A DNA stretch of 34,364 nucleotides from Octopus bimaculoides. Its lineage: Eukaryota. Each line of letters opens with the position of its first letter. Position 1 is the first letter of the stretch. Of this stretch, positions 11,340 to 23,955 are shown piece after piece. The translations under genes and the position numbers were made by a program. The notes beneath the pieces were generated by a model. That model worked only from the letters and a program-made list of their open reading frames with translations, was not told the origin of the DNA and ran no database searches. The DNA lies in the NCBI RefSeq assembly GCF_001194135.2, contig NC_068997.1, positions 35,625,008 through 35,659,371 on the forward strand, given 5' to 3'.

Positions 11340-11617
11340 TGTCGATGCCAGTGCTGCCTGACTGGCTCCCATGCTGGCAGCACATCAAAAGCACCATTCA
11401 AGTGTGGTTGTTGCCAGTGCTGCCTGACTGGCTCCTGTGCTGGTGGTACATAAAAAGCATCCACTACACTCTCAGAGTGGTTGGAAGGGCATCCAGCTGT
11501 AGAAACCTTACCAGATTAGATTAGAGCCTGGTGTAGCCTCCCAGCTTACTAGTCTTCAGTCAAACCATCCAACCCATGCCAGTATGGAAAGCAGATGTTA
11601 AACGATGATGATGATGA
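11340..11617 (+). mobile_element. RTE terminal module with (GAT)n tail
   Basis: gccagtgctgcctgactggctcc units, then aaaagcatccactacactctcagagtggttggaagggcatccagctgtagaaacc...gttaaacgatgatgatg. Confidence 0.8.
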
Positions 11618-11924
11618 TATGTATATATATGAATACATATATATGCATGTATATGACAATGCAACTGAAACAATTGTTGGATTTTTAAGGTGTGATCTGA
11701 AATAAAGATATGAATTTCTTCGTACATATTATTGGTTGCCACATATATATAGTTTATTGGTTAGATACAAGTGTTCTCAATACAGAATACACTTCAAAGT
11801 GTTCAAGAGATTTTGAACCTGAGATAGTAGATGAATAAATGTAATGACAAGCAAGTTGGGCAAGTTGATTTACACAGAATATTAAATATAAATGATATTA
11901 GGGGTTAAATGGGTAGAGTTTTTA

Positions 11925-12735
11925 CCTGGGCATCGTTTCTCATTCAAACTGCTCTAGCCTTTAGATGTCATCCTGGTTGTATGTGGCTAGACATTATCCC
12001 GATGGAAGAACACCTTTTGTCTTGAAATCAAAGATGGTCATATTTCTTCGAGCACTGATTTAAACCACTCAAGCTGCTTGCAGTAGATCACAATTGTTAT
12101 TGTTTGGCTTGGGTTTAAAAGTTCAAAGTAGACTAAACCTTTCGCATCCTACCACACAGATAACAACACCTTATGTGGGTGAAGACTTTTTTTTAGCCTG
12201 GAGTGCCAGTGTTTCTCCTTTCCCTACCCACTGTTTTTGGTGCTTGACATTTTTATAGAGAACCCATTTCTCCTCACCAGTCACTATTTGGTCCACAAAA
12301 AGTTCATTTGTGAAACATGACCGCAAAGAAGAGCACACATTCACTCTCTGCATGCAATTAGACTTGGAAAGTTTGTGAGGAACTCATTGACCCAATTTGC
12401 TGACTTTTCTGATGGCATGCAGGTGTCAATGATTGATTGAATGACTACATCCAAGCTTTTCTGCTAGTTCCTCAACAGTTACAAGGGATTTTGTTCCACC
12501 ATGGTTTGTAGGACATGCTTGTCAAGTTCTACATATCTTCCAGGATGTGGACTATGGATCATCTTCTAGTCTGTAGTTTCCAGCTTGGAATTTCTGGAAC
12601 CACCATTGACACTGGCTTATGCTTATTGTCCGATTCCTATATACTGCATTAATATTTCTTGCACTTTCCTTTGTGTTGTTGCCTTTATTGAACTCATAAA
12701 GCAAAATATGTCAAATATGCTTCCTTCACTTCCAT
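11925..12735 (-). mobile_element. Mariner transposase pseudogene
   Basis: MEVKEAYL.HILLYEFNKGNNTKESARNINAVY (HTH), a decayed WVPHEL (GQ*VPHKL) and IVTGEEKWVLYKN (TGDEKW motif). Many stops and deletions. Confidence 0.85.
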
Positions 12736-12904
12736 TGCAGCTTTGAAAAAATAACAGTTAAAATCGAACTGCACTCATCAAAACTTGCACTAAGAATAAG
12801 AGAAAGGTAAAATTACTACCTGCTTTTATAGCAAGTTGATGCAGGTAGTTTATTGCATCCCCCTCCGACTTTTAGTTCATGCAATTGAAAAAAATCACAT
12901 TATT

Positions 12905-15866
12905 TGTAATGCAAATGATCTTATGGTTTACAATACCAACTTCAGGAAACCTGCCTGTCACCTAGTCACCTACCGTTCCGGCAGACACACTAGCCAAATC
13001 GACTACATCCTCGCTAGAAATAGGGAAAGAGGGCGGCTTATAAATGCCAAAACCTTCCCTGACGAAGAATGTACCCCTCAACACAGGTTAGTAGTTAGCG
13101 ACTTCGGGATCAAGGCAAAATGGGTGCCTAGAGGTAGACCGGCTTGGAGGAGAAGGGTTTCGAAGCTTAAAGATCTTGCAAATGGACAGAGATTTAGAGA
13201 CATATTACTCAAAGCATCTGAGGAAATAGAAGAGGATATAGCATCATACAACGGGGAAGACAACTGGAGGTTTCTACAGGACAACCTGCTGAGAGCCATC
13301 GATCAGACATGTGGCTGGTGTAAAGTTCCCTCCCAACCCAAAGTAACGTGGTGGTGGAACAATGTGGTTGACAGGGCTATTAGACAAAAGAAACACGCTT
13401 GGAAGAACGGAGGTAGCAGGGAATAGTATCAGACTGCCAGAAGGGAAGCTAGGAGACAGGTTTACTTGGCCAGAGGGAAAGCAGATAAGAAAAAATTTGC
13501 CAATGTTCTGCGCCGTGAGGACCAAAGACTTGAAGTATTTCATGTTGCAAGACAGTGTGTGAGAGAGAATCGTGATGCCGTGGGAGAGAAATGTATTTGC
13601 ATAGATGATGGTACGCTTGCACTAAACAAGGCTGCAAAGAAAGAGGTTTGGAGACGCCACTATGAAAGATTGCTTAATAAAGAGAATGAATGGGAGAAAG
13701 AGAGTCTGCTGAATGTCAACCCAACAGAAGGACCAGCTATCCAAATTGACAGTACCATGGTAGATAAAGCGATTAAAAGTATGAAGACAAGGAAAGTCCC
13801 CGGCCCATCAGGAATCATTGCAGAGATGCTCAAAATATCTGGCAGTGTCGGCTATAGCCTTGTCACCCGTATTGTTAACCAGGTGATACACGAAGGTGTC
13901 ATACCCAATGACTAGTGTAGCAGCATCATAGTCAACTGCTACAAAGGTAAAAGTGATGCTTTAGATACAAATAATTACAGAGGTATCAAGTTGTTAGATC
14001 AGTTAATGAAAGTCACGGAGAGGGTTATAGCCCAACTAATTAGGGAGTGAGTCAGTTTAGATGAGATGCAGTTTGAGTTCGTGCCAGGAAAAAGCACCAC
14101 TGACGCTATATTTCTGGTAAGACAGCTGTAGGAGAAATACCTAGCAAAAGATAAACCTCTGTACCTGGCTTTTGCTGACATGGAGAAAGCCTTTGACAGG
14201 GCCCCCTGATCCTTTATCTGGTGGTCAATGAGGAAAATAAGGATAGAAGAATGGTTAGTGAGAGCTGTGCGAGCCATGTACAGAGACACTGTCAGTAAGG
14301 TAAGGGTTGGCAATGAATACAGTGAAGAATTCCGGGTGGAGGTAGGGGTCCACCAAGGTTCTGTCCTCAGCCCCCTCCTATTTATCATAGTCCTCCAGGT
14401 GATAACAGAGGAATTCAAGACAGGTTGCCCCTGGGATCTCCTCTATGCTGATGACCTTGCACTAATTGCTGAGTCACTAGAGGAGAAGTTTCAGGTGTGG
14501 AAGCACAGACTAGAATTGAAGGGCCTTAGAGTCAGCCTAGCTAAAACCAAAGTCCTAATNNNNNNNNNNCAAACAGGAAACAACTTCTGTCACATTCTAG
14601 GGAGAAAAACTAGACGTAGTTGATAGCTTCCGCTATCTGGGTGACCAAGTTAGTAGTGGGAGAGGGTGTGCTGAAAGTGTAGCTGCTAGAATAAGAATAG
14701 CCTGGGCAAAGTTCAGAGAGCTCTTACCTCTGCTGGAGACAGAGGGCCTCTCACTCAGAGTAAAAGGCAGACTGTATGACGCATGTGTACAAACAGCCAT
14801 GCTACATGGCAGTGAGACATGGGCCATGACTGCTGAGGACATGTGTAGGCTCACTAGGAATGAAGCCAGTATGCTTCGATGGATGAGTAATGTCAGTGTG
14901 CATACCCGACAGAGTGTAAGTACCTTGAGAGAAAAGTTGAACTTAAGAAGCATCAGTTGTGGTGTGCAAGAGAGACAATTGCGCTGGTATAGACATGTGG
15001 CGAGAATGGATGAGGATAGCTGTGTGAAAAAGTGCCACACCCTAGCGGTTGAGGGAACGCATGGAAGAGGTGGTGAAGCACGACCACCGAACATTAGGCC
15101 TCATCGAGGCAATGACTAGTGACCAAGACCTTTGGAAATATGCTGTGCATGAGAAGACCCGGCAAGCCAAGTGAGACCATAATCCATGGCCTTTCCCAGG
15201 GATGTAGCCAGCCTACTTACATGTAACATTCCTTCATTGGACACTAAACTCCGCTTGCGAAGACCTGTTGAGGCAAGTGAAATCGAAATCAAACTAAATT
15301 TATAGACTGGCACCCATGCCAACGTCTCTTTTATTGAACACTAAACTCAGCTTGCGAAGACCTGTTGGGGCAAGTGAAAGCAAAATTGTGATGGCACTTG
15401 TACCAGTGGAGCACTAAGAGCACTGTCCGAGCATGATCGTTGCCAGAGCACCAGCTGTCTGGCTTCCATGCTGGTGGCATGTAAATAGCACCATTTGAGC
15501 ATGATTGTTACCAACGTCGCCTTCCTGACACTTGTGTCAGTGGCACGTGAAAAGACATTCGAGCTAGATTGTTGCCAGTGCCCCTGGACTGGCTCCTGTG
15601 CAGGTGGCACGTAAAATATAGCATTTCGAGTGTGGCCATTGCCAGTAGCGCCTGACTGGCCTTCATGCCGGTGGCAAGTAAAAGCACTCGCTACATTCTC
15701 GGAGTGGTTGGCATTAGGAATGGCATCCAGCTGTAGAAACTCTGCCAAATCAGATTGGAGCCTGGTGTAGCCACCTGGTCCACCAGTCCTCAGTCAAATC
15801 GTCCAACCCATGCTAGCATGGAAAGTGGACGTTAAATGATTATGATGATGATGATGATGATGATGA
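12905..15866 (+). mobile_element. RTE-clade LINE, 5'-truncated, with end of APE, RT, 3' UTR and (GAT)n tail; pseudogenised
   Basis: APE IDYIL; RT LAFADMEKAFD, GVHQGSVLSPLLF and LLYADDL; C-terminal MLHGSETWA..RLRWY. Several in-frame stops and a 10-N gap. Confidence 0.93.
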
Positions 15867-15874
15867 TATATATA

Positions 15875-16735
15875 TATGAGGTGATATCAAAAAGTTCCTG
15901 GACTAGTTCTGTAGCAAGCCAACAGATTGATAGTACATGGTTGTGTATACAGTGAGAGCTAGCAGTGACCTTCATGAGGCAATGTGTTAAGTGACATTAC
16001 TGTGTTTACTTGGCAGGATGTGAAATTGCTGGTATTGTGATCACGTGTATGCTGTTGTCTGTTATTTTGTCATGGACAGGAGCAAAGAGCCAATGTGAAA
16101 TTTTGCATTAAACTTGAGAAATCTGCTGTAGAGACATTGAGCATGCTTTGGCAAGGGTATGGCAGTGAGGCAATGGGTCATACACAATGTTTTGAGTAGC
16201 AAGAGTGCTTCAAAAGCAGAAGAGCATCCTTGGAAGACAATGAGCAATCTGGAAGATCTGTCATGAGTGCCACACCTGGAAATGTGGTATTTTGCATCAA
16301 GAATTTGTCCACCAGGGTCAGCCTGTCAATTGACAGTCCTATTGCAATGTTTTGAAGCATTTGAGAGAGAACATTTGGTGAAAGTGACTGCATCTGTGAA
16401 GCGCAAAGAATTGGATTCTTCACTAAGCTCTCCTCACTTGTGAGTTTCTTGCCAAAAACTACATGGTATCACTTCAAAACTCACCCTATTCACTGAATTT
16501 AGCATCTGTGGACTTCCATCTCTTCCTCAAGATGAAAATGCTGCTCAAAGTTCACCATTTTAACACCATTATCAAGATCCAGAGTGAATCACAAAAGGTT
16601 CTAAACTTGCTTATGGAAAACGCTTTCCTGGCCGGATTCCAAAAGTAGCAGGAACACTGGAATTTGTGTACTGCTGTGCAAGATGATGTTAAAACTTAGG
16701 TAATTAATTAATTTTTTTATTAAACATAAGTAGTC
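15875..16735 (+). mobile_element. Internally deleted mariner fossil
   Basis: TIR-like start tatgaggtgatatcaaaaagttcctggact in a TA run; QRANVKFCIKLEKSAVETLSML and PYSLNLASVDFHLFLKMK (decayed YSPDLAPxDF). Confidence 0.8.
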
Positions 16736-17053
16736 TCTTTACTCTCTCTCTTTTACTCTTTTACTTGTTTCAGTCATTTGACTACGGCCATGCTGGAGCA
16801 CCGCCTTTAGTCGAGCAAATCGACCCCAGGACTTATTCTTTGGAAGCCTAGTACTTATTCTATCGGTCTCTTTTGCCGAACCGCTAAGTTACGGGGACGT
16901 AAACACACCAGCATCGGTTGTCAAGTGATGTTGGGGGGACAAACACAGACACACATACACATATATACATATACATATATACGACGGGCTTCTTTCAGTT
17001 TCCATCTACCAAATCCACTCACAAGGCTTTGGTCGGCCCGAGACTATAGTAGA
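16736..17053 (-). mobile_element. Octopus-type tRNA-derived SINE (head lost in the gap)
   Basis: Recognisable body gactacggccatgctggagcaccgcc...gtaaacacaccagcatcggttgtc, an internal microsatellite and ctaccaaatccactcacaaggctttggtcggccc. Family recalled from memory. Confidence 0.75.
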
Positions 17054-17299
17054 NNNNNNNNNNNNNNNNNNNNNNNNNNNNNNNNNNNNNNNNNNNNNNN
17101 NNNNNNNNNNNNNNNNNNNNNNNNNNNNNNNNNNNNNNNNNNNNNNNNNNNNNNNNNNNNNNNNNNNNNNNNNNNNNNNNNNNNNNNNNNNNNNNNNNNN
17201 NNNNNNNNNNNNNNNNNNNNNNNNNNNNNNNNNNNNNNNNNNNNNNNNNNNNNNNNNNNNNNNNNNNNNNNNNNNNNNNNNNNNNNNNNNNNNNNNATA

Positions 17300-18235
17300 T
17301 ATATAAAGGGGGAGAGTTGTTACAGTCAATGGTGAAAGATCATCAGAGAAAAAAAGATTTGGCAATAGTGAGGACAGGTTATCTCCCCTAGACCAGTTAT
17401 TTGGAGAAAGGAATAAGGGGTCTATCCTTTGTAATGGATTGTAAGGACTCTTCCAAGCTTTGTCAGTGAATAGGGAACCCTATGTTTACAACAGGTAGCA
17501 CTCGAAACTGATGCATGGTGTGAACATTTCTTGGTGAGTATTCAGCAACTCAGGTTTTAGGGAATCTTTAAGTACCCTAGTTTGCTCAGCTATGCAGAGC
17601 TTGCAGCATCTGCTCCCATTGATTTAGGGGCCTGGCCTTTCTAATATCTTCCACTTGATACTGTATGGGCTCCCTTGATCTTGAGGCACCACAAATTGTC
17701 TTTCTGGGACCCTGAATGAGGACCTGTGGTTGTACAAGCATCACTTGAAAACTGCACCAGCTGATCTGATGTATTTCCAGGTTTGGGTGTTGTCTGTGTT
17801 TACATTTCTGGTGCATCTCTGGTTAGTTCCGGGCCTAGAGATGTTGTTGCTACCAGTGTTGTTGGGGCTACCATTAGTGCTGTTATCATTATGGAATGTG
17901 GGTCCAGCAATGTGGCTGAGACTGCTGTCACTGTAGTTGTTATCTATTAACCCAAGGAATATATCTTGACAGTGAGTGAGAAGGGTGGGGGAAAACCAAG
18001 CCACATTTTAGTGGTGCTTCCTTTTGTGGGTGCTAGGGCCTGGCATGTAGCAAACGCAGTCCTTAAATCCACTGGACACTAGTGCCATGTTGTAGTAGGG
18101 GGTGTCATCATTGAAGATATCTTGACAAGAGGATAGATTTGAGATCCTCTTGCTAACACCCTTCACTAGGTTCTTGAACATGGTAGTGGAGTGGCAGGAG
18201 GTATATAAAAACATATGTAAGCCCTTTCTATTCAC
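17300..18235 (-). mobile_element. Penelope-like element fragment 2 (RT thumb, linker, GIY-YIG), decayed
   Basis: KNLVKGVSKRISNLSSCQDIFNDDTPYYNMALVSSGF...AWFSP...WKYIRSAGAVFK*CLYNHRSSFR...SIKWKILE...CCKLCIAEQ. Confidence 0.8.
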
Positions 18236-18248
18236 AAAGATATATGTA

Positions 18249-18365
18249 TATGTTTTTATGTTAGAATGTAGCTTAGAATAGCATGAGTTCTTATGTTTTT
18301 ATGTTAGTATGTAGATTAGAATAGTACGATTTATATGTTTATACGATATGTAGCTTAGAGTGTAC
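18249..18365. repeat. Minisatellite, about 43-bp unit, roughly 3 copies
   Basis: tatgtttttatgttag(a/t)atgtag(c/a)ttagaatag repeated. Confidence 0.75.
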
Positions 18366-18429
18366 TACTACTAATAATAAAAGTTTAAATATTAATGCAA
18401 TGTTGGAACATCTTTACTAACCTGTTATG

Positions 18430-21400
18430 CCTGCCCAATTCTATGCGGTCCTTCTGGAAACTACCTTAATGACAAATGACAGAGACTTAGTTATTGTAGC
18501 TAGCAACTTTAATGGCCATGCTGGGCAGCATTCCCATGGATTCTATAGGGTACATGGTGATTAGGGCTCTGGCCTTAGGAATGGGAAGGGAATAAGTCTA
18601 CTTGAGTTCTGTGATGCAAATGGTCTCATGATCTGCAACACTAACTTCAGAAAACCAACCAGCCACCTAATCACTTATCAGTCTGGTGGGAACATAAGCC
18701 AGGTCAATTACCTCCTCATCAGGCAATGAGATAGGCTGATGCTCACAAATGCAAAGTCTTTCCCAGGTGAACATAGGCTACTAGTTGGTAACTTCAGAAT
18801 TAGGACTCAGAGAAATAAATTATACTGGAAAAGAAGATTATGGAAGCTTAAAGACCCAGCAAAACAACAAAAATTTAGAGACATTCTACTGGAAGCTTTT
18901 GATGAAAGAGAGGAGGAGGAGGAAGGGACATATAGCTTAGAGGACAATTGGAAGTTCCTGCAGGACAATTTACTGGAGGGTGCTGACTAAATCTGTGGCT
19001 ACCGCAAAGTCCCAGCTAGGCCGAGGGTGACATGGTGGTAGAACAAGGAGGTGGACAGCACTATCAAAACAAAGAGACAGGCCTGGAAAGAGCATTATAT
19101 CAGGGAGCCAGAAGGGAAGCTATGCAACAGGTTTACATAGCAAAAGGAATAGCAAAAGGTAAGAGGTTTGCCAATGTTCTACAGCATGAGGATCAGAGGT
19201 GTGAGACGTTCAGGTTTGCAAAGTGGTGTATCGGAGAAAATAGAAATGTGGTGGGTGAGAAATGTGTGTGAATGGATAATGGTATGCTTGCACTTAGTGA
19301 CTCAAAGAAGAAAGAAGCATGGAAGTGCCACTATAAAAGATTACTAAATGTGTAAAATGCATCTGAGAAGGAAAGTCTTTCAAATATCAAACCAACTGAG
19401 AGACCAGCCATCAGAGTTGATAGCAGTATAACAGATAAGGCAATTAAGATTGTGAAGGCTGGGAAAGCTCCTGAACCATCAGGTGTCACTGCTGAGATGA
19501 CTGAAATATCTGTTGGTGTGGGATACAGCCGAGTCACTCACATATTTAATCAGGTTATTCAGGAAGGCATCATCCATAAAGACTGGTGTAGTATTAAACT
19601 AGATGAGATGCAGTTTGGTTTTGTTCCTGGAAAAGTACCACAAATGCCATCTTCCTAGTGAGACAGTTGCAAGAAAAGTATTTGGCCAAAAGTAAACCAT
19701 TGTTCTTAGCTTTTGTTGACTTGGAGAAAGCTTTCGACAGGGTTCCCCGCTCTCTTATCTGCTGGTCTTTAAGGAAGCTAGGAATAGAAGAGTGGCTTGT
19801 CAGATTCGTACAAGCCATGCACAGTGATGCTGTCAGTAAGGTGAGAGATCGCTTAAATACAGTGATGAATTTAGCATACAAGTTTGGATTCACAGGGGAT
19901 CAGTTCTTAGTCCGCTCTCATTCATCATAGTTCTCCAGGCCATAACAGGAATTCAAAACTGGATGCTCGGAACTTCCATATGCTGACGACATCACTCGTA
20001 TTGCAGAATCTGAAGCAAAATTGGAGAAGTTCCAGGTATGGAAACAAAACCTGGAATCAAAGGCCTTAAAGTTAACCAAACAAAGACTAAAGTTGCTGTT
20101 AGCAAGAAAGCTGATAAGACTCTCTTTCCGTCAGGTAAATGACCCTGCTCAATATGTAGGAAAGGAGTAGGAAGTAATTCCATTTGCTGCACCTAGTATA
20201 AGCTATGAACACATAAAAGATGCAGTACAATCACAGGTAGATTAACAGATAAGGTTGCTTTCATGTGTGGCAGATGTGCAGAAGCAATAAGCACGTGTGA
20301 CTTAGACTTTCTCAAATGCCCAGGAGGCTCTCTTGAGGTAGCAGATAGTTTCTGCTACTAAGGCAACCAAATCAGTAACAGCGATAGATGCTCTGACAGT
20401 ATTGTTTCTAGAATAAGGATAGGATGGAGGAAGTTCAGAGAGCTACTACCTTTGTTGGCAACAAAAGGACTCTGAGATTGAAAGGTAAATTGTATGATGT
20501 TTGTGTATGAATGGCTATACTCCATGCTAGCGAGACATGGGCTCTGAATGAGGAGAACATGTGTAAACTGGAGAGGAATGAGTGTAATATGCTCTGTTGG
20601 ATTTGCAACAGCAGTGTCCATGATCGACAAAGCACAACTGTGTTGAGAGAAAAGATAGGCATAAGAGGAATTAAATGTGGTATACTGAAGAGGAGAATGC
20701 ATTGGTTTGGACATGTGATGTGTATGAATGAAGACAGCTGTATAAAGAAGTGCTGATCACTGAAAGTGGATGGTACCAGTGGAAGAGAAGACCCAGGAAG
20801 ACATGGGATGAAGTGCTGAGGACTGACCTCAGGATGTCAGGGCTCATGGAGGAAATAACAATGGACTGAGATATCTGGTGATATGAAGTTCTAGAGAAGA
20901 CCCACCCACAAGAGCAAAACAATGCTAGAAGCGTTGTGCCCTACTCTTAACAATAAAATTTTCACACATCCCACCCTAAGAAACTACTGAACTACATCTC
21001 CTCTTCTAAACTGCATCTTTCTCTTCCTCACATTTCCTCTTCATACATTCTGATTGTCTCCCACTCCCCTTCACTGCCCTGCTCACTGTACCACTGCTTT
21101 CTCTCACCCCATCTTTATACTCAAGTTTTCACTAGTCACTACAATCCTCACTCTCTACTCGCACCTTCTTGGCAATACCTGGCCGCATACATTATGACTT
21201 CCATACCTTGAGGCCATACCCTGGCAACTGCCACCATTTATCTCTCTCTTCCTTACTCTACCATCACATCTATACTCTGATCCCTGTTACTTCTGAGTAT
21301 ATCCTGGCACTCTCTCTCTCTTGTTCTCTCTTATACGTTTGCTGTTTCTCTCTCTCTCTCTTTCCCTTGCCCTTCCCTCTGGCTGGGTAGCCATGTAACT

Positions 21401-21986
21401 CCTCTGCAGCAGCACACCTGTTTCTGCCTTCTTTCTTGATCACTCTCTCTCTCCTCTTGCTTTTCCCTCTGACTAGGTAACCAGGCATCTCCTTTACATC
21501 AGCACACCTGTTTCTGTCCTCTTTCTTGTACCTCTCTTCCTCTCACTCTCTCTCTCTCTCTGGCTGGGTAACCATATACCTCCTCTATAACAAGACACCT
21601 GTTTCTGCCTCTCTGTCACATTCTAACCTTTCCTCATCTGATACAAGATCCCCTCCTCCAATGCCCCTTCCCCTCTCAAAATTCCTTGTCTTGCAAGTTA
21701 CTTAGTAATTCTGCTGGCGCCACATAAAAAAGCATCCAGTCCACACTGTAAAGTGGTTGGTACTTGGAAGGGCATCCAGCTGTAAAAACCATGCCAAAAC
21801 TAACTTGGCCTGTGCTGATGCCACATAAAAAGCACTCAGTTCATTCTGTGAAATGGTTGGTGTTAGGGAGGACAACACCAAGAGACACAGTAGCTTGGGG
21901 CAGTCTATTACCTGGCCAGCCCTTGTCAACCATCCTACCCATGTATGCATGTAAGATAGACATTAAATGATGATGATGATGATGAT
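18430..21986 (+). mobile_element. RTE-clade LINE, near full-length but heavily decayed, with about 1.1-kb 3' UTR
   Basis: APE (NFNGHAG, LLEFCDANGLMICNTNFRK); RT (LAFVDLEKAFDRVPR, YADD near 19980); MAILHASETWA; (GAT)n tail. Multiple internal deletions. Confidence 0.9.
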
Positions 21987-22019
21987 GGTATGTGTGTGTG
22001 TGTGTGAGCGCGTATAGTT

Positions 22020-22521
22020 TACAGATCCAATAGAGGAAAAAAAAATCAACAAAAAAGTACTCCATCCAGTGAGAGATCAATATTAGTTCAAATACATAAC
22101 TGAAAGAGCTATAAATATATTTTAAAAAACAAGGATGCTGGATGTAAGAAAATAAGAAAAAACATGGGAAAAATGTGAAGAAGGTTGGTGCAAAAACTGG
22201 AACGAGAAAAAAAGAAACGAAATCAAGAAAAGATCCTCATCCTCTTTGTTTGCAGAAAACTTATTAAATTCAACTGGTATAGAATAAAATAACAGAAAAT
22301 ATGTCAAAGTCTGCAAGACAAGCAACTCAATCCAAAGTGCCCTCCAATTCGATAAAAGAAACCTGTCCATGTCTCTACACCTGCTAATAATTTCAGATCT
22401 GGAATCAAGCAGCGTATTAGAATTGCTGGATCTAAGAAGAGTATGAGATCTTTCTGCTTTGCATAAGCCACATTTCCTAGATGCATGTTTTTCTCTTATT
22501 TTCTTACTGTCCAGCATCCTT
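22020..22521 (-). mobile_element. Penelope-like element fragment 3 (GIY-YIG C-terminus plus 3' UTR) capped by an inverted copy of its own UTR
   Basis: SRKCGLCKAERSHTLLRSSNSNTLLDSRSEIISRCRDMDRFLLSNW matches the CxLC..E..LLNxRSE..SxCRH end seen in the other PLE copies. Inverted repeat at 22131-22166 / 22484-22521. Confidence 0.7.
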
Positions 22522-23687
22522 CTTCTTCTTCTTCATCATTGTTTAACATCCGTTTACCATGCTGGCATGGGTTAGACGGTTTGACTGGGGACTGGTGAGC
22601 CAGATGGCTGCACTAGGGTCCAATCTGATTTGGCAGAGTTTCTACAGCTGGATGCCCTTCCAAACGCCAACCACTCTGAGAGTGTACTGGGTGCTTTTAC
22701 GTGCCACCGGCACGAGGGCCAGTCAGGCAGTACTGGCAACGGCCATGCTCAAATGGTGTTTTTATGTGTCACCTGCACAGGAGCCAGTCCAGCGGCATTG
22801 GCAACACCCTAGCTAGAATGTTGTTTTTTACGTGACACCGGCACAAGTGCTAGTAAGGTGACACTGGTAACAATCACGCTCGAATGGTGCTTTTTACATG
22901 CCACCAGCATGGGAGCTGGTCAGTGGTCCTGGCAACGATCATGCTTGGATGGTGCTCTTAGCACTCCACTAGCATGGATACCAGTCATGCGGTGCTGTCA
23001 TTGAATTTGATTTCGATTTCACTTGTTTCAACAGGTCTTCACAAGTAGAGATTAGTGTCCAATGAAAGAAAGGTACGCATAAGTGGGCTGTTTACACCAC
23101 TGGTATAGGCCACGGGTTATGGTCTCACTTGGCTTGCCGGGTCTTCTCAAGCACAGCATATTTCCAAAGGTCTCTGTCACTAGTCATTGCGTCGGTGAGG
23201 CCTNNNNNNNNNNTATTTCCAAAGGTCTCTGTCACTAGTCATTGCGTCGGTGAGGCCTAATGTTCGAAAGTCGTGCTTCACCACCTCATCCCAGGTCTTC
23301 CTGGGTCTACCTCTTCTTCCAACTGCTAGGATGTGACACTTTTTCACACAGCTATCTTCATCCATTCTCGCCACATGACCATACCAGCGCAGTCGTCTCT
23401 CTTGCACACAACATCTGATGCTTCTTAGGTCCAAATTTTCTCTCAAGGCACTTACACTCTGTTGAGTATGCACACTGACATTACACATCCATTGGAGAAT
23501 ACTGGTTTCATTCTTTGCGAGCTTACGCATGTCCTCAGCAGTCACAGCCCATGTTTCACTGCCATGTAGCATGGCTGTTCGTACACATGCGTCATACAGT
23601 CTACCTTTTACTCTGAGCAAGAGGTCCTTTGTCACTAGCAGAGGCAGGAGCTCACTGAACTTTACCCAGGCTATTCTTATTCTAGCA
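22522..23687 (-). mobile_element. 5'-truncated RTE (ORF C-terminus, 3' UTR, tail)
   Basis: RVKGRLYDACVRTAMLHGSETWAVT...RRLRWYGHV...GRPRKTWDEVV, similar to the RTE at 14700-15866. Confidence 0.9.
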
Positions 23688-23849
23688 GAAAATATATTTA
23701 ATGCATAAACAGATGCTCACCCAATCAATCAAACCCCTCCTCACATCACTTGCCCCTCCACCTCCTAATACCACTTTTCTTTCTTGCTATCTAGAACTTT
23801 CATTTGTTAGCCATTCTTGCCAGGCCTCAAAATCTGTTGTCAAACAATG

Positions 23850-23955
23850 GTGATTTGAAACAATGGTCATATTGTGAGTTTGGTGGAATTTCAAGGGAGT
23901 GTTGCACTTTGAGCTTGTCCCAGACAGTCATGCAGTGAAAGATAACCTTTATGTT
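23850..23955 (+). mobile_element. Mariner transposase fragment interrupted by the Gypsy insertion
   Basis: 23878-23955 reads VWWNFKGVLHFELVPDSHAVKDNLY. After the Gypsy is excised it continues AQ (mariner VWW..GV.H.E.L...TINS..YCQQL block). Confidence 0.65.

Noticed and set aside
15400-15700. Regularly spaced ~45-bp repeats that look superficially CRISPR-like (also 22640-22990)
   Set aside because: Degenerate tandem units in the RTE 3' UTR, no unique spacers, no cas genes, eukaryotic context.
17315-17350. CTGATGA on the minus strand at the 3' end of PLE fragment 2, followed by CTGTA
   Set aside because: The position suits a hammerhead remnant, but GAAAC is absent and stem I has no partner. 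Too incomplete to call.
23159-23258. Exact 45-bp direct repeat across a 10-N gap inside an RTE
   Set aside because: Assembly overlap artefact, as above.
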